A DNA stretch of 52,348 nt. It comes from Anaerovoracaceae bacterium. GTDB lineage: Bacteria; Bacillota; Clostridia; Peptostreptococcales; Anaerovoracaceae. The position numbers and the translations under genes are program-made. Below the pieces are notes generated by a model. It had not been told where the DNA came from. It saw only the letters and a list, made by a program, of their open reading frames with translations, and made no database searches. Positions 44,266 through 52,348 of this stretch are shown piece after piece; the first letter of the stretch is position 1; each line of letters begins with the position of its first letter. The stretch is taken from positions 1 to 52,348 of the forward strand of contig CAVAON010000003.1 in NCBI GenBank assembly GCA_963590215.1, given 5' to 3'.

Positions 44266-45537
44266 ATGAAAATACTCGTAGTTGGCGGTGGCGGCCGTGA
44301 ACATGCAATAATTAAAACACTCAAAAAAAATAAGACAATTGATGATATCTACGCGCTCCCGGGAAACGGGGGTATTGCAAAGGATGCCATATGTGTGGAT
44401 ATAGGGGCAAAAGATATAGAGAAAATCACAGAGTTTGCAAAAAAGAACGATATAGACTTTGCAGTGGTTGCACCTGATGATCCGCTGGCGCTTGGCGCCG
44501 TTGACGCTCTTGAAGCCATAGGCGTTAAATGCTTTGGCCCTAACAAGGCGGCAGCGGCTATCGAAAGCAGTAAGGTATTCGCAAAGGAACTCATGAAAAA
44601 ATATAACATACCTACAGCAGAATATGAAGTGTTTGATGATATGGACAAAGCTCTTTGCTATCTTGAGACTGCGGCGATTCCAGCCGTAATCAAGGCTGAT
44701 GGTCTTGCACTGGGCAAAGGTGTTGTAATTGCACAGACAAGAGATGAAGCAAAAAATGCAGTCAGATCTATGATGGAGGAACGGATTTTCGGCGAGAGCG
44801 GCAGCCGGGTAGTCATTGAGGAATTCCTGACAGGACCGGAGGTTTCTGTATTGTCGTTTACAGATGGCAATACTATAGTGCCTATGATTTCTTCGCAGGA
44901 TCACAAAAGGGCACTTGATGGAGACAAAGGACCAAACACGGGTGGAATGGGATGCATAGCGCCAAATCCATACTATACAGAAGAAACAGCGCAGCAGTGC
45001 ATGGATGAAATCTTCATACCTACAGTGAATGCTATGAACAAGGAAGGCAGGAAGTTCAAAGGATGCCTTTATTTCGGGCTCATGCTTACAGCTGATGGCC
45101 CCAAGGTCATAGAATACAATTGCAGATTCGGAGATCCTGAAACACAGGTGGTGCTGCCCCTGCTTGAAAGCGACCTCCTCGATATTATGACAGCTGTAGC
45201 AGATGAAAAGCTTGATGAGATTAAAATCAGTTTTAGCAAGGAAAATGCATGCTGCGTTGTTATGGCATCAGAGGGTTATCCGGTTTCATATAAAAAAGGA
45301 TTTGAAATAACAGTTGATGATTTATCTGATAATACGGATATATTCATAGCAGGAGCAGCTCTTGCAGATGGAAAGCTTGTCACATCGGGAGGCAGAGTAC
45401 TGGGAGTGACTGCAGTATCGGAAAGCCTTGAAGAGGCAATACATAATGCTTATGAGGCTGTTAAAAATGTGCATTTTAAGAATTCGTATTACAGGAAAGA
45501 TATAGGAAAGAAAGCTCTTGAAGCAGAAAGGAAATAG
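44266..45537 (+). CDS. purD: GAR synthetase
   Basis: MKILVVGGGGREHAI...PGNGG...VIKADGLALGKGV motifs. Confidence 0.95.
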   Translation: MKILVVGGGGREHAIIKTLKKNKTIDDIYALPGNGGIAKDAICVDIGAKDIEKITEFAKKNDIDFAVVAPDDPLALGAVDALEAIGVKCFGPNKAAAAIESSKVFAKELMKKYNIPTAEYEVFDDMDKALCYLETAAIPAVIKADGLALGKGVVIAQTRDEAKNAVRSMMEERIFGESGSRVVIEEFLTGPEVSVLSFTDGNTIVPMISSQDHKRALDGDKGPNTGGMGCIAPNPYYTEETAQQCMDEIFIPTVNAMNKEGRKFKGCLYFGLMLTADGPKVIEYNCRFGDPETQVVLPLLESDLLDIMTAVADEKLDEIKISFSKENACCVVMASEGYPVSYKKGFEITVDDLSDNTDIFIAGAALADGKLVTSGGRVLGVTAVSESLEEAIHNAYEAVKNVHFKNSYYRKDIGKKALEAERK

Positions 45538-45541
45538 CAAT

Positions 45542-48500
45542 ATGGTTTACAGAATATATGTTGAAAAGAAAAAATCTGCAGCAAACGAAGCTGCAGGATT
45601 GCTTTCAGACATAAGAACTTTTTTGGGAATTGAAAATCTGAAAGAGCTTAGAATTATCAACAGATACGATGTTGAAGGAATAACCGGAGAACTGTTTTCA
45701 TACTGCAGGGGAACTGTTTTTTCAGAACCTCAGCTTGATGATACATATGATGAACTTGACAGTGAAGGATATTCTGTATTTGCAGTTGAGCCGCTTCCGG
45801 GACAGTTTGACCAGAGAGCTGACTCTGCCGCACAGTGCATACAGATAATCTCTCAGGGCGAAAGGCCTGCTGTTGCAGCAGCAAAAGTATATATGCTGAA
45901 AGGAAGTAGCCTTACGGAGGAACAGACTGATAAAATCAAAGCATATGTCATAAACCCTGTAGAATCAAGAGAGGCTTCTTTGGATATGCCAGATACGCTG
46001 AAAACGGATTATGAAGTTCCGACAGAAGTTGAGATACTTTCAGGGTTTACATCACTGAATGAGGATGGCCTCAGAGAATTTATCGAAAACATGGGTCTTG
46101 CAATGGATGTTGACGATATTATAGTATGCCGGGAATATTTCAAAAAAGAAGGCAGGGATCCATCTGTAACAGAAATAAAAATGATAGACACTTACTGGTC
46201 GGATCATTGCAGGCATACTACTTTTATGACTACTATAGACAGTGTTACATTTGAAGATGAACTTATCGAAAAGACATATAACGAATATATAGAGGCACGA
46301 AAGAAAATAGGCAGGACCAAGCCTGTCAACATGATGGATATTGCAACTATTGCAGTTAAATGCCTCAAAGCAGAGGGGAAGCTTCCAGACCTTGATGAAT
46401 CAGAGGAGGTTAATGCATGCACAGTCAAAATTAAAGTCAATATAGATGGAAAAGATGAAGACTGGCTGCTGCTTTTCAAAAATGAAACCCACAATCACCC
46501 TACAGAAATAGAGCCTTTCGGGGGTGCGGCAACCTGCGTAGGAGGAGCAATAAGAGATCCTCTTTCGGGAAGGGCTTATGTTTATGCTGCAATGAGACTC
46601 ACCGGTGCGGCTAATCCGTTAAGACCTGTCAGTGAAACTCTTGAAGGCAAACTGCCTCAGAGAAAAATTGTAACGACAGCAGCTGAAGGATATTCTTCAT
46701 ATGGCAATCAGATAGGTCTTGCAACAGGACAGGTGGATGAAATATATCATCCGGGATATGTGGCTAAGCGTATGGAAATAGGTGCTGTAATTGGAGCTGC
46801 ACCTGCATGTAATGTCAGACGAGAGGTGCCGGAGGCAGGAGATGTTGTAATTCTTCTGGGAGGCAAAACAGGCAGAGACGGATGCGGAGGAGCGACAGGC
46901 TCATCCAAATCTCATAATACGGATTCACTTGCAAGCTGCGGCGCAGAGGTACAAAAGGGAAATGCACCTGAAGAAAGAAAGCTGCAGAGGCTTTTCAGAA
47001 ACCCGCAGGCTGCAAAAATGATAAAAAGATGCAATGACTTTGGCGCAGGAGGGGTTTCGGTAGCTATAGGGGAGCTTGCAGACGGGCTTTTGATAAACCT
47101 TGACAAAGTGCCAAAAAAATATGAAGGCCTTGACGGTACTGAACTTGCGATAAGTGAATCGCAGGAGAGAATGGCTGTTGTCGTGACAAAAGAGGACGCG
47201 GCGGAATTTATGAGACTGGCGGATTTTGAAAACCTTGACTCCACAATAGTGGCAGAGGTAACGGAGGAACCAAGGCTTGTTATGCACTGGAATGGTAAAA
47301 CCATCGTTGATATATCGAGAGAATTTCTTGATTCCAATGGTGCAGAGAAGCATATAGCTGTCAAAACAGCAAGGGCAGCAGATCCTCAAAAGGAAATACC
47401 GGCAAGCTTTGAAGAGGGAATCAGAGAGCTTGCAGGGAATCTGAATGTGTGTTCCAAAAGAGGACTTGCTGAGCAATTCGATTCAACAATAGGAGCAGGA
47501 ACTGTGCTTATGCCTTTTGGGGGTAAATATCAGAGAACCCCTGCTCAGGCTATGGCTTACAAAATTTCAGTTGAAAAAAAAGATACAAAAACATGCTCTC
47601 TGATGTCGTGGGGATATAATCCGTATATTTCATCAGTAAGCCCATACCACGGAGCATACACAGCAGTTATAGAGTCTGTTTCAAAGCTTGTGGCATCAGG
47701 TGCTGAGTTTAAGAATGTATATCTGACCTTCCAGGAATATTTTGAGAAGCTGGGAAAAGACAGTAGTAAATGGGGTAAGCCTCTATCTGCACTGCTTGGT
47801 GCATTTAAGGCTCAGATGGGACTTGGCATAGCGGCTATAGGCGGCAAGGACTCGATGAGTGGCACTTTTGAAGATATAAATGTACCACCTACTCTTGTTT
47901 CTTTTGCAGTTACAATCGAGGATACTGACAATATTCTGAGTAATGATTTCAAGGAGGCGGATCACAAAGTACTTCTGCTTGAGCCTGATACAGATGGGGA
48001 CGGCCTTGTAGATACAGATAGTCTGAAGAAACTCTTTGATGAAGTTACTCGGCTTATTAGAGAGGGTAAAGTATATGCAGCATACACCCCGGGCTTTGGA
48101 GGCGTTACCGAAGCAGTTATGAAAATGTGCTTTGGAAACAGGATAGGATTTGAGTTTGAAGAGGATATGCCACTTGAAACAATATTCGGATATTCTTACG
48201 GCTCATTTGTGCTTGAAATTGATGAAAATACTGAGATAAGCGAAGCTGATATAAATGTGAAAGCGCTGGGCAAAACATGTGAAGCAGAATACATATCACG
48301 CGGAACCATTCGTATATCTCTTGATGAACTGTCGCAGATTTATGAAGACAGGCTCGAAAGCGTTTACAGGTGCAATATTAAAACAGAGCATACAGATATA
48401 CCTGCAGTCAATTATAAATATGAAGGAGAGAGAAAAGCTCCGGCAGTTAAAATAGCAAAACCAAAAGCTCTGATACCCGTATTTCCGGGCACCAACTGTG

Positions 48501-49255
48501 AATATGATTCCGCAAAAGCTATGGAAACGGCAGGTGCCGAGCCCGAAATATATGTTATAAAAAACAGAAGTGCAGAAGATATTGCAAAGTCAGTAAAAGA
48601 ATTTGCATACAAAGTAAGAGAATCCCAGATGATTTTCATACCGGGAGGATTTTCCGGCGGGGATGAACCTGACGGTTCAGGCAAATTCATAACAGCATTT
48701 TTCAGAAACGAAGCTGTAAGAAATGCCGTTACAGATCTCATAGATCAGAGAGAGGGCCTCATGTGCGGTATATGCAACGGCTTCCAGGCTCTTATCAAGC
48801 TGGGTCTTGTGCCATATGGCAGGATAATTGAAACAGATGAAAATTCTCCTACCCTTGCACTTAATACAATAGGCAGACATCAATCAAAAATTGTAAGGAC
48901 AAGAATTGCATCCAACATGTCTCCGTGGCTTGCAGATACAGAAACTGGGGAAATATTCTCTATGCCCGTATCTCATGGCGAAGGCAGATTCGTAGCAGAC
49001 GATAAACTGGTAAGCCAGCTTATACAAAACGGTCAGATTGCAACTCAGTATGTTGACTTTGAAGGCAATCCGTCAGATGATGTTCAATTTAATCCTAATG
49101 GCTCATTCTATGCGATTGAAGGCATCACATCACCTGATGGCAGGATATTTGGTAAGATGGGGCATACAGAACGCAGAGGCTATGGCCTTTACAAAAATGT
49201 GCCGGGTAATTACACCTTGCCGATGTTCAAGTCAGCAGTAAAATATTTTAGATAA
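45542..49255 (+). CDS. purL: FGAM synthase, single-chain large PurL with C-terminal glutaminase domain
   Basis: About 1237 aa. ETHNHPTEIEPFGGAATCVGGAIRD, a duplicated AIRS-like core and a C-terminal triad domain (GICNGFQ...HGEGRF). Confidence 0.95.
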   Translation: MVYRIYVEKKKSAANEAAGLLSDIRTFLGIENLKELRIINRYDVEGITGELFSYCRGTVFSEPQLDDTYDELDSEGYSVFAVEPLPGQFDQRADSAAQCIQIISQGERPAVAAAKVYMLKGSSLTEEQTDKIKAYVINPVESREASLDMPDTLKTDYEVPTEVEILSGFTSLNEDGLREFIENMGLAMDVDDIIVCREYFKKEGRDPSVTEIKMIDTYWSDHCRHTTFMTTIDSVTFEDELIEKTYNEYIEARKKIGRTKPVNMMDIATIAVKCLKAEGKLPDLDESEEVNACTVKIKVNIDGKDEDWLLLFKNETHNHPTEIEPFGGAATCVGGAIRDPLSGRAYVYAAMRLTGAANPLRPVSETLEGKLPQRKIVTTAAEGYSSYGNQIGLATGQVDEIYHPGYVAKRMEIGAVIGAAPACNVRREVPEAGDVVILLGGKTGRDGCGGATGSSKSHNTDSLASCGAEVQKGNAPEERKLQRLFRNPQAAKMIKRCNDFGAGGVSVAIGELADGLLINLDKVPKKYEGLDGTELAISESQERMAVVVTKEDAAEFMRLADFENLDSTIVAEVTEEPRLVMHWNGKTIVDISREFLDSNGAEKHIAVKTARAADPQKEIPASFEEGIRELAGNLNVCSKRGLAEQFDSTIGAGTVLMPFGGKYQRTPAQAMAYKISVEKKDTKTCSLMSWGYNPYISSVSPYHGAYTAVIESVSKLVASGAEFKNVYLTFQEYFEKLGKDSSKWGKPLSALLGAFKAQMGLGIAAIGGKDSMSGTFEDINVPPTLVSFAVTIEDTDNILSNDFKEADHKVLLLEPDTDGDGLVDTDSLKKLFDEVTRLIREGKVYAAYTPGFGGVTEAVMKMCFGNRIGFEFEEDMPLETIFGYSYGSFVLEIDENTEISEADINVKALGKTCEAEYISRGTIRISLDELSQIYEDRLESVYRCNIKTEHTDIPAVNYKYEGERKAPAVKIAKPKALIPVFPGTNCEYDSAKAMETAGAEPEIYVIKNRSAEDIAKSVKEFAYKVRESQMIFIPGGFSGGDEPDGSGKFITAFFRNEAVRNAVTDLIDQREGLMCGICNGFQALIKLGLVPYGRIIETDENSPTLALNTIGRHQSKIVRTRIASNMSPWLADTETGEIFSMPVSHGEGRFVADDKLVSQLIQNGQIATQYVDFEGNPSDDVQFNPNGSFYAIEGITSPDGRIFGKMGHTERRGYGLYKNVPGNYTLPMFKSAVKYFR

Positions 49256-49276
49256 ATAAAAATAAATCCTTTTGAG

Positions 49277-49321
49277 AAACCGGGAAATTCACCTGAGCAG
49301 GATGATAAGTTTCCCGGTTTT
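49277..49321 (+). terminator. probable terminator after purL
   Basis: AAACCGGGAAA (49277-49287) / TTTCCCGGTTT (49310-49320) stem with a large 22-nt loop and a short T run. Confidence 0.45.
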
Positions 49322-49374
49322 GAGCATCTTATGCTTCGAATTCGTAGCTTTCTCAGAAAAAGCGGCACAAAGGC

Positions 49375-49404
49375 TTGACACATGAGGCAAAAGTGTGGTA
49401 AACT
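49375..49404 (+). promoter_or_regulatory. promoter of the NlpC/P60 gene
   Basis: TTGACA (49375-49380), 18-nt spacer, TGg-TAAACT (49399-49404). Confidence 0.5.
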
Positions 49405-49445
49405 TAGTGCATGTTAGGGCAGAAAAGTGCCAAAAGGAGAAAATT

Positions 49446-50363
49446 ATGAAGTTAAAAGCATTAGCGTTAACACTTTCGCTTGCAATAATATTTACAATGG
49501 GAATCAATGTGCCTGCGTTTGGTGCTGATATAGCAGATGGCGGAGCTCAGATTGAAACAGATATTGACGGCGAGGTTGATACAGACCCTGCTGATGAGGA
49601 TGATATAGACGAAGGCTTTGAAGATGGTGATGAGGATGCAGATGCTCCCGTAGAGGAGGAAGATGTTGCAATTGAACTTGCTGCACCATCAAAAGTCAAA
49701 GCAAAAGCTCTTGGTAAAAGCTCAATCAAAGTGACATGGTCAGCTGTAGACGGAGCTGCAGGATACAAGGTTTATTGCTATAGCAAGTCAAGCAAGACAT
49801 ACAAGAGAATTGCTACAGTGGATAACACATCTTATACTCACAAGGGGCTTTCGGCTGATACAAGAAAAGTCTACAAGGTTGCGGCATATACATATGATGC
49901 AGACGGCAACGAAGTGGTAGGCGACAAATCAGCAAAGGCAAGTGCTACTACAGATGATAATGATGATGTAACCAAACTGATGAATACGGCAAAGGGCAAA
50001 CTTGGATGTGCATATCGTGCGGGAGCCCAGGGACCAAGCAGCTTTGACTGCTCAGGCTTTGTATACTATGTATTCAAAAAATCGGATGTAGGCAAAAAAA
50101 CTGTAATAAGATCATCAGCTCAGGGACAGTATGCATCCCTCAAAAAATATAGCATAGGCAAGAATATTTCAAATGCCAGAGTTGGAGATATAGTTTTCTT
50201 CTCGGCAAGCGGATCTACTTCAGGAATCAACCATGTAGGAATATATGCTGGTAACGGCAAGGTAGTGCATGCAGGTTCATACAGAACAGGCGTATGCTAT
50301 GGCAAGATAAGTCAGCTTTCACGTTGTGGACGTAAAGTATGTGCAATAGTGAGAAATATATAG
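49446..50363 (+). CDS. secreted NlpC/P60 family cell-wall hydrolase with acidic linker and FN3-like domain
   Basis: Signal peptide MKLKALALTLSLAIIFTMGINVPAFG, a D/E-rich tract, an FN3-like segment (KVTWSAVDGAAGYKVY), and a C-terminal NlpC/P60 domain (FDCSGFVYYVF...INHVGIY...VHA). GGAGA RBS before the ATG at 49446. Confidence 0.85.
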   Translation: MKLKALALTLSLAIIFTMGINVPAFGADIADGGAQIETDIDGEVDTDPADEDDIDEGFEDGDEDADAPVEEEDVAIELAAPSKVKAKALGKSSIKVTWSAVDGAAGYKVYCYSKSSKTYKRIATVDNTSYTHKGLSADTRKVYKVAAYTYDADGNEVVGDKSAKASATTDDNDDVTKLMNTAKGKLGCAYRAGAQGPSSFDCSGFVYYVFKKSDVGKKTVIRSSAQGQYASLKKYSIGKNISNARVGDIVFFSASGSTSGINHVGIYAGNGKVVHAGSYRTGVCYGKISQLSRCGRKVCAIVRNI

Positions 50364-50399
50364 GTGAAAAACTGGATATTGAAAGATATTGAATAAGAT

Positions 50400-50425
50400 A
50401 GGCGGCCAATGGCCGCCTTTGTGTT
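50400..50425. terminator. bidirectional terminator
   Basis: AGGCGGCC-AAT-GGCCGCCT stem followed by TTGTGTTTG on the + strand. Lies between convergent genes. Confidence 0.75.
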
Positions 50426-50427
50426 TG

Positions 50428-51393
50428 TTATTCTTGCTGTTTTTCAGGACCGCTTAGCGTGCTGTCATCTATATCATCATTGTCTGATGGTGCAGGCTCT
50501 TCCGGTTCCGGTTTTGCAACTGTTTCTGTTGGTTTGTCTGTTTTTGAGCTGGTTTCTGTCTTGATGTCCTGCTTGCTGCTGTTGTCAGTTGTTTTACTGT
50601 GAGTCGTTGCACTTGCAGGTGCCTGTGATGCAGTATTTTCTGAAACCTTTTCGCTTTCGGAAGCTGTTTCCTCCGGATCTTTTTTGTAGCTATCTATAGT
50701 TTCAGCTATTTGTTTGACCGACTTATCAACAAAAGTTTTGACATCCTTCTCTGTAAGATTGTCTTCCTTTGAGACAACGTCCATAATCAGGGCAAGCTTG
50801 CCTGCTGTAGTATTGAGATCAGACGCTTCTTTTCTGTCGTTTTCAGTCACTTCCAATACTTCTGATGTAAGTGTGTAATCTGAAGCAATTGCTTCAAGGC
50901 TACTTTCGAGGGTGGCTGCCTTATCACTGCTCTTGTCGCAGCATACAGACAGTACCATATAATCATGTTCATCACCTGTGAGGTATCCAAGCTGGTACAA
51001 CTCGTCGACTGTCATTCTGAAAACATCTTCAAAGGATGCGAATTTTGATATATCCTCTGAAATATTGTCAATGATTTCCTGTCCCTCGTCGTTCATGGAT
51101 TCGATTGAAACCACCTGATCAAATCGATTGAGAGTATACTCAATGGACGGATTGACGTCGAGCGTTATGTGAGAATAAGGGGAGACTGCCGTAGCATATC
51201 CCGCCCCGCCTGTTGCAAGAAGCATGAAACAGGCTGCTGCTGCAACAAGACCGCCTCTGTGGTGTTTTTTGGAGACCGCAATGCTGACTTCCTGTCCGAC
51301 AACATAGTTGCGCTTTGGAACTTTTATGATGCTGCCATCACTTAGTAGTGCTGCTGCATGTTTGTTGTCAGTTTCGACAATCAGTGCCTTCAT
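50428..51393 (-). CDS. rsgI: anti-sigma-I factor RsgI-like protein
   Basis: N-terminal MKALIVETDNKHAAALLSDGSIIKVPK...GQEV matches the RsgI N-terminal anti-sigma domain. Single TM segment, then an extracytoplasmic domain and a Thr/Ser/Pro/Glu-rich tail. ATGA overlap with sigI. Confidence 0.7.
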   Translation of the reverse strand: MKALIVETDNKHAAALLSDGSIIKVPKRNYVVGQEVSIAVSKKHHRGGLVAAAACFMLLATGGAGYATAVSPYSHITLDVNPSIEYTLNRFDQVVSIESMNDEGQEIIDNISEDISKFASFEDVFRMTVDELYQLGYLTGDEHDYMVLSVCCDKSSDKAATLESSLEAIASDYTLTSEVLEVTENDRKEASDLNTTAGKLALIMDVVSKEDNLTEKDVKTFVDKSVKQIAETIDSYKKDPEETASESEKVSENTASQAPASATTHSKTTDNSSKQDIKTETSSKTDKPTETVAKPEPEEPAPSDNDDIDDSTLSGPEKQQE

Positions 51394-52109
51394 GCTGTTT
51401 CTCCTTCCCTGATATATTTCATATATTCAGCCAGTATAGGGAAATCTCCCGTAAGTATTATTGTGGCTGCAATTATGTATTTTCTGTGTCTTTCGAGTAC
51501 CTTGACCGGTACGTTGCTCTGCGATGACAGAGCCTTGATAGGCAGCTTGCGTGTATTTCGCAATGCTTCGAGAACGATGGGCGATGCCATTATTGCTCTG
51601 ACTGCCTGTGCACATTGTTTTTTTGTTTTGGCAGCTTTTGGTGAGACATCGGATAAATCCATAAAAGTAAATCCGAAATTCTTAAAGATGCTGTTTACTG
51701 CCTGAATCTCGTCAGATGCTGTGACAACAGGCTTGTCAGTGAGCTTGCCTGCAATTTCGTAACTTATAGCTGTGCTTTCGGGTTCTTCTTCGGTATTACC
51801 GCTGAAAACACCGGGTGATACACTCTGTTCACTTGAAAAACGCTGCTGACTTCTGTAATAGTCTGTAAGTCTGCGTTTGATCACAAGTCCTGCAAAGGGA
51901 AGAAAATCTCCCTGCGTTGTATCATATCGGGTAACCGCTGTAAAGAAAGCATACATAGCTATAGAAAACTCGTCGTCGCTTTCTGATATATATCTGCCTG
52001 CCTGCTTGCCTGCACATCCGAGAATAAATGATTTGTTCTCGGAGATGAATTCGTCGATATACGAATCATCAAGAGCAGCTCTTGCGGCTTTTTCGTTAAT
52101 TGAATCCAA
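51390..52109 (-). CDS. sigI: RNA polymerase sigma factor SigI
   Basis: Sigma-70 region 2-like segment (FSIAMYAFFTAVTRYDTTQGDFLPFAGLVIKRRLTDYYR) and a C-terminal region typical of SigI, followed by rsgI. Probable TTG start at 52109 with AAGGAGG 7 nt upstream (ORF track extends to 52196). Confidence 0.7.
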   Translation of the reverse strand: MDSINEKAARAALDDSYIDEFISENKSFILGCAGKQAGRYISESDDEFSIAMYAFFTAVTRYDTTQGDFLPFAGLVIKRRLTDYYRSQQRFSSEQSVSPGVFSGNTEEEPESTAISYEIAGKLTDKPVVTASDEIQAVNSIFKNFGFTFMDLSDVSPKAAKTKKQCAQAVRAIMASPIVLEALRNTRKLPIKALSSQSNVPVKVLERHRKYIIAATIILTGDFPILAEYMKYIREGETA

Positions 52110-52237
52110 GCGCCTGCCTCCTTGCGTATGTTTGATGTATAATAAGCCGGACACCATATAGATTAATATATCATTTTTAGTGTTAAAAATCAACAATGCT
52201 GCCGTGGGAGTGGCGTAGCGCTCTCTTTATATTAATA

Positions 52238-52267
52238 CATTCGGGAAGAGATTCAAAAAAAATGGGG
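52238..52267 (-). promoter_or_regulatory. possible sigma-I-type autoregulatory promoter
   Basis: Minus strand ACCCC (52267-52263) ... CGAAT (52242-52238), resembling the CCCC / CGAA elements reported for SigI-dependent promoters. The spacing was not verified against a consensus. Confidence 0.3.
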
Positions 52268-52348
52268 TCAGAGTAAAAAAATAAAGGGGACATCAAAATG
52301 GAAAGAGTTTTTTGTAGTTTATATACAAAGGAGGGGGTTGTATTTGTG

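Noticed and set aside
44170-44904. 244-aa minus-strand ORF spanning the purH/purD junction.
   Set aside because: It is antisense to two clearly homologous pur genes, has no RBS and has Cys/Phe/Ile-rich nonsense composition.
52297-52348. Possible start of another + strand gene at the window edge: ATG at 52297 after GGGGA, or GTG at 52346 after AGGAGGGGG.
   Set aside because: Only 0-17 codons are visible and the two candidate starts are in different frames, so it cannot be evaluated.

Overview
52.3-kb chromosomal segment from a low-GC Gram-positive anaerobe. It looks Clostridia-like: clostridial 2[4Fe-4S] ferredoxin, Rex, SigI/RsgI pair, CIRCE-controlled groESL and htpG. Gene content is mostly housekeeping. 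It includes a dipeptidase/permease/glycerate kinase operon and a TetR-headed operon of unassigned function (FGGY kinase, class II aldolase, GtrA, class III aminotransferase). It also carries htpG, deoC plus an L,D-transpeptidase, lgt, an MMPL transporter with a secreted heptad-repeat protein, and a soluble hybrid histidine kinase. Further along are FMN-riboswitch-ribU fused to the t6A operon (tsaE-tsaB-rimI-tsaD), an ABC-F ATPase, acpP, rex, ferredoxin, a P-loop/Asp23 fusion, ogg, groESL and modABC plus a molybdopterin-binding protein. A nine-gene purine operon follows (purE-C-F-M-N, purO-like, purH, purD, purL), then an NlpC/P60 hydrolase and sigI-rsgI. I found no prophage, CRISPR array, tRNA/rRNA or obvious defence island. 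The unusual signals are all non-coding. (1) A 560-bp gap upstream of the pur leader holds a promoter-to-terminator ~90-nt RNA convergent with, and overlapping the 3' end of, a strongly RBS-equipped 32-codon highly cationic ORF; this is type-I-TA-like architecture with an atypical peptide. (2) A self-contained promoter / 5' hairpin / five perfect 33-nt tandem repeats / terminator unit sits between the histidine kinase and an E2-like acyltransferase. (3) A guanine-type purine aptamer and a ZTP (pfl) aptamer lie in tandem, each with its own terminator, in the pur operon leader. Secondary oddities are a PurF with no N-terminal Cys nucleophile, a split PurH, a Rex with a Cys-rich tail and a decayed DUF4143 ATPase fragment. 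All calls come from reading the sequence and from motif recall; no database search was run.
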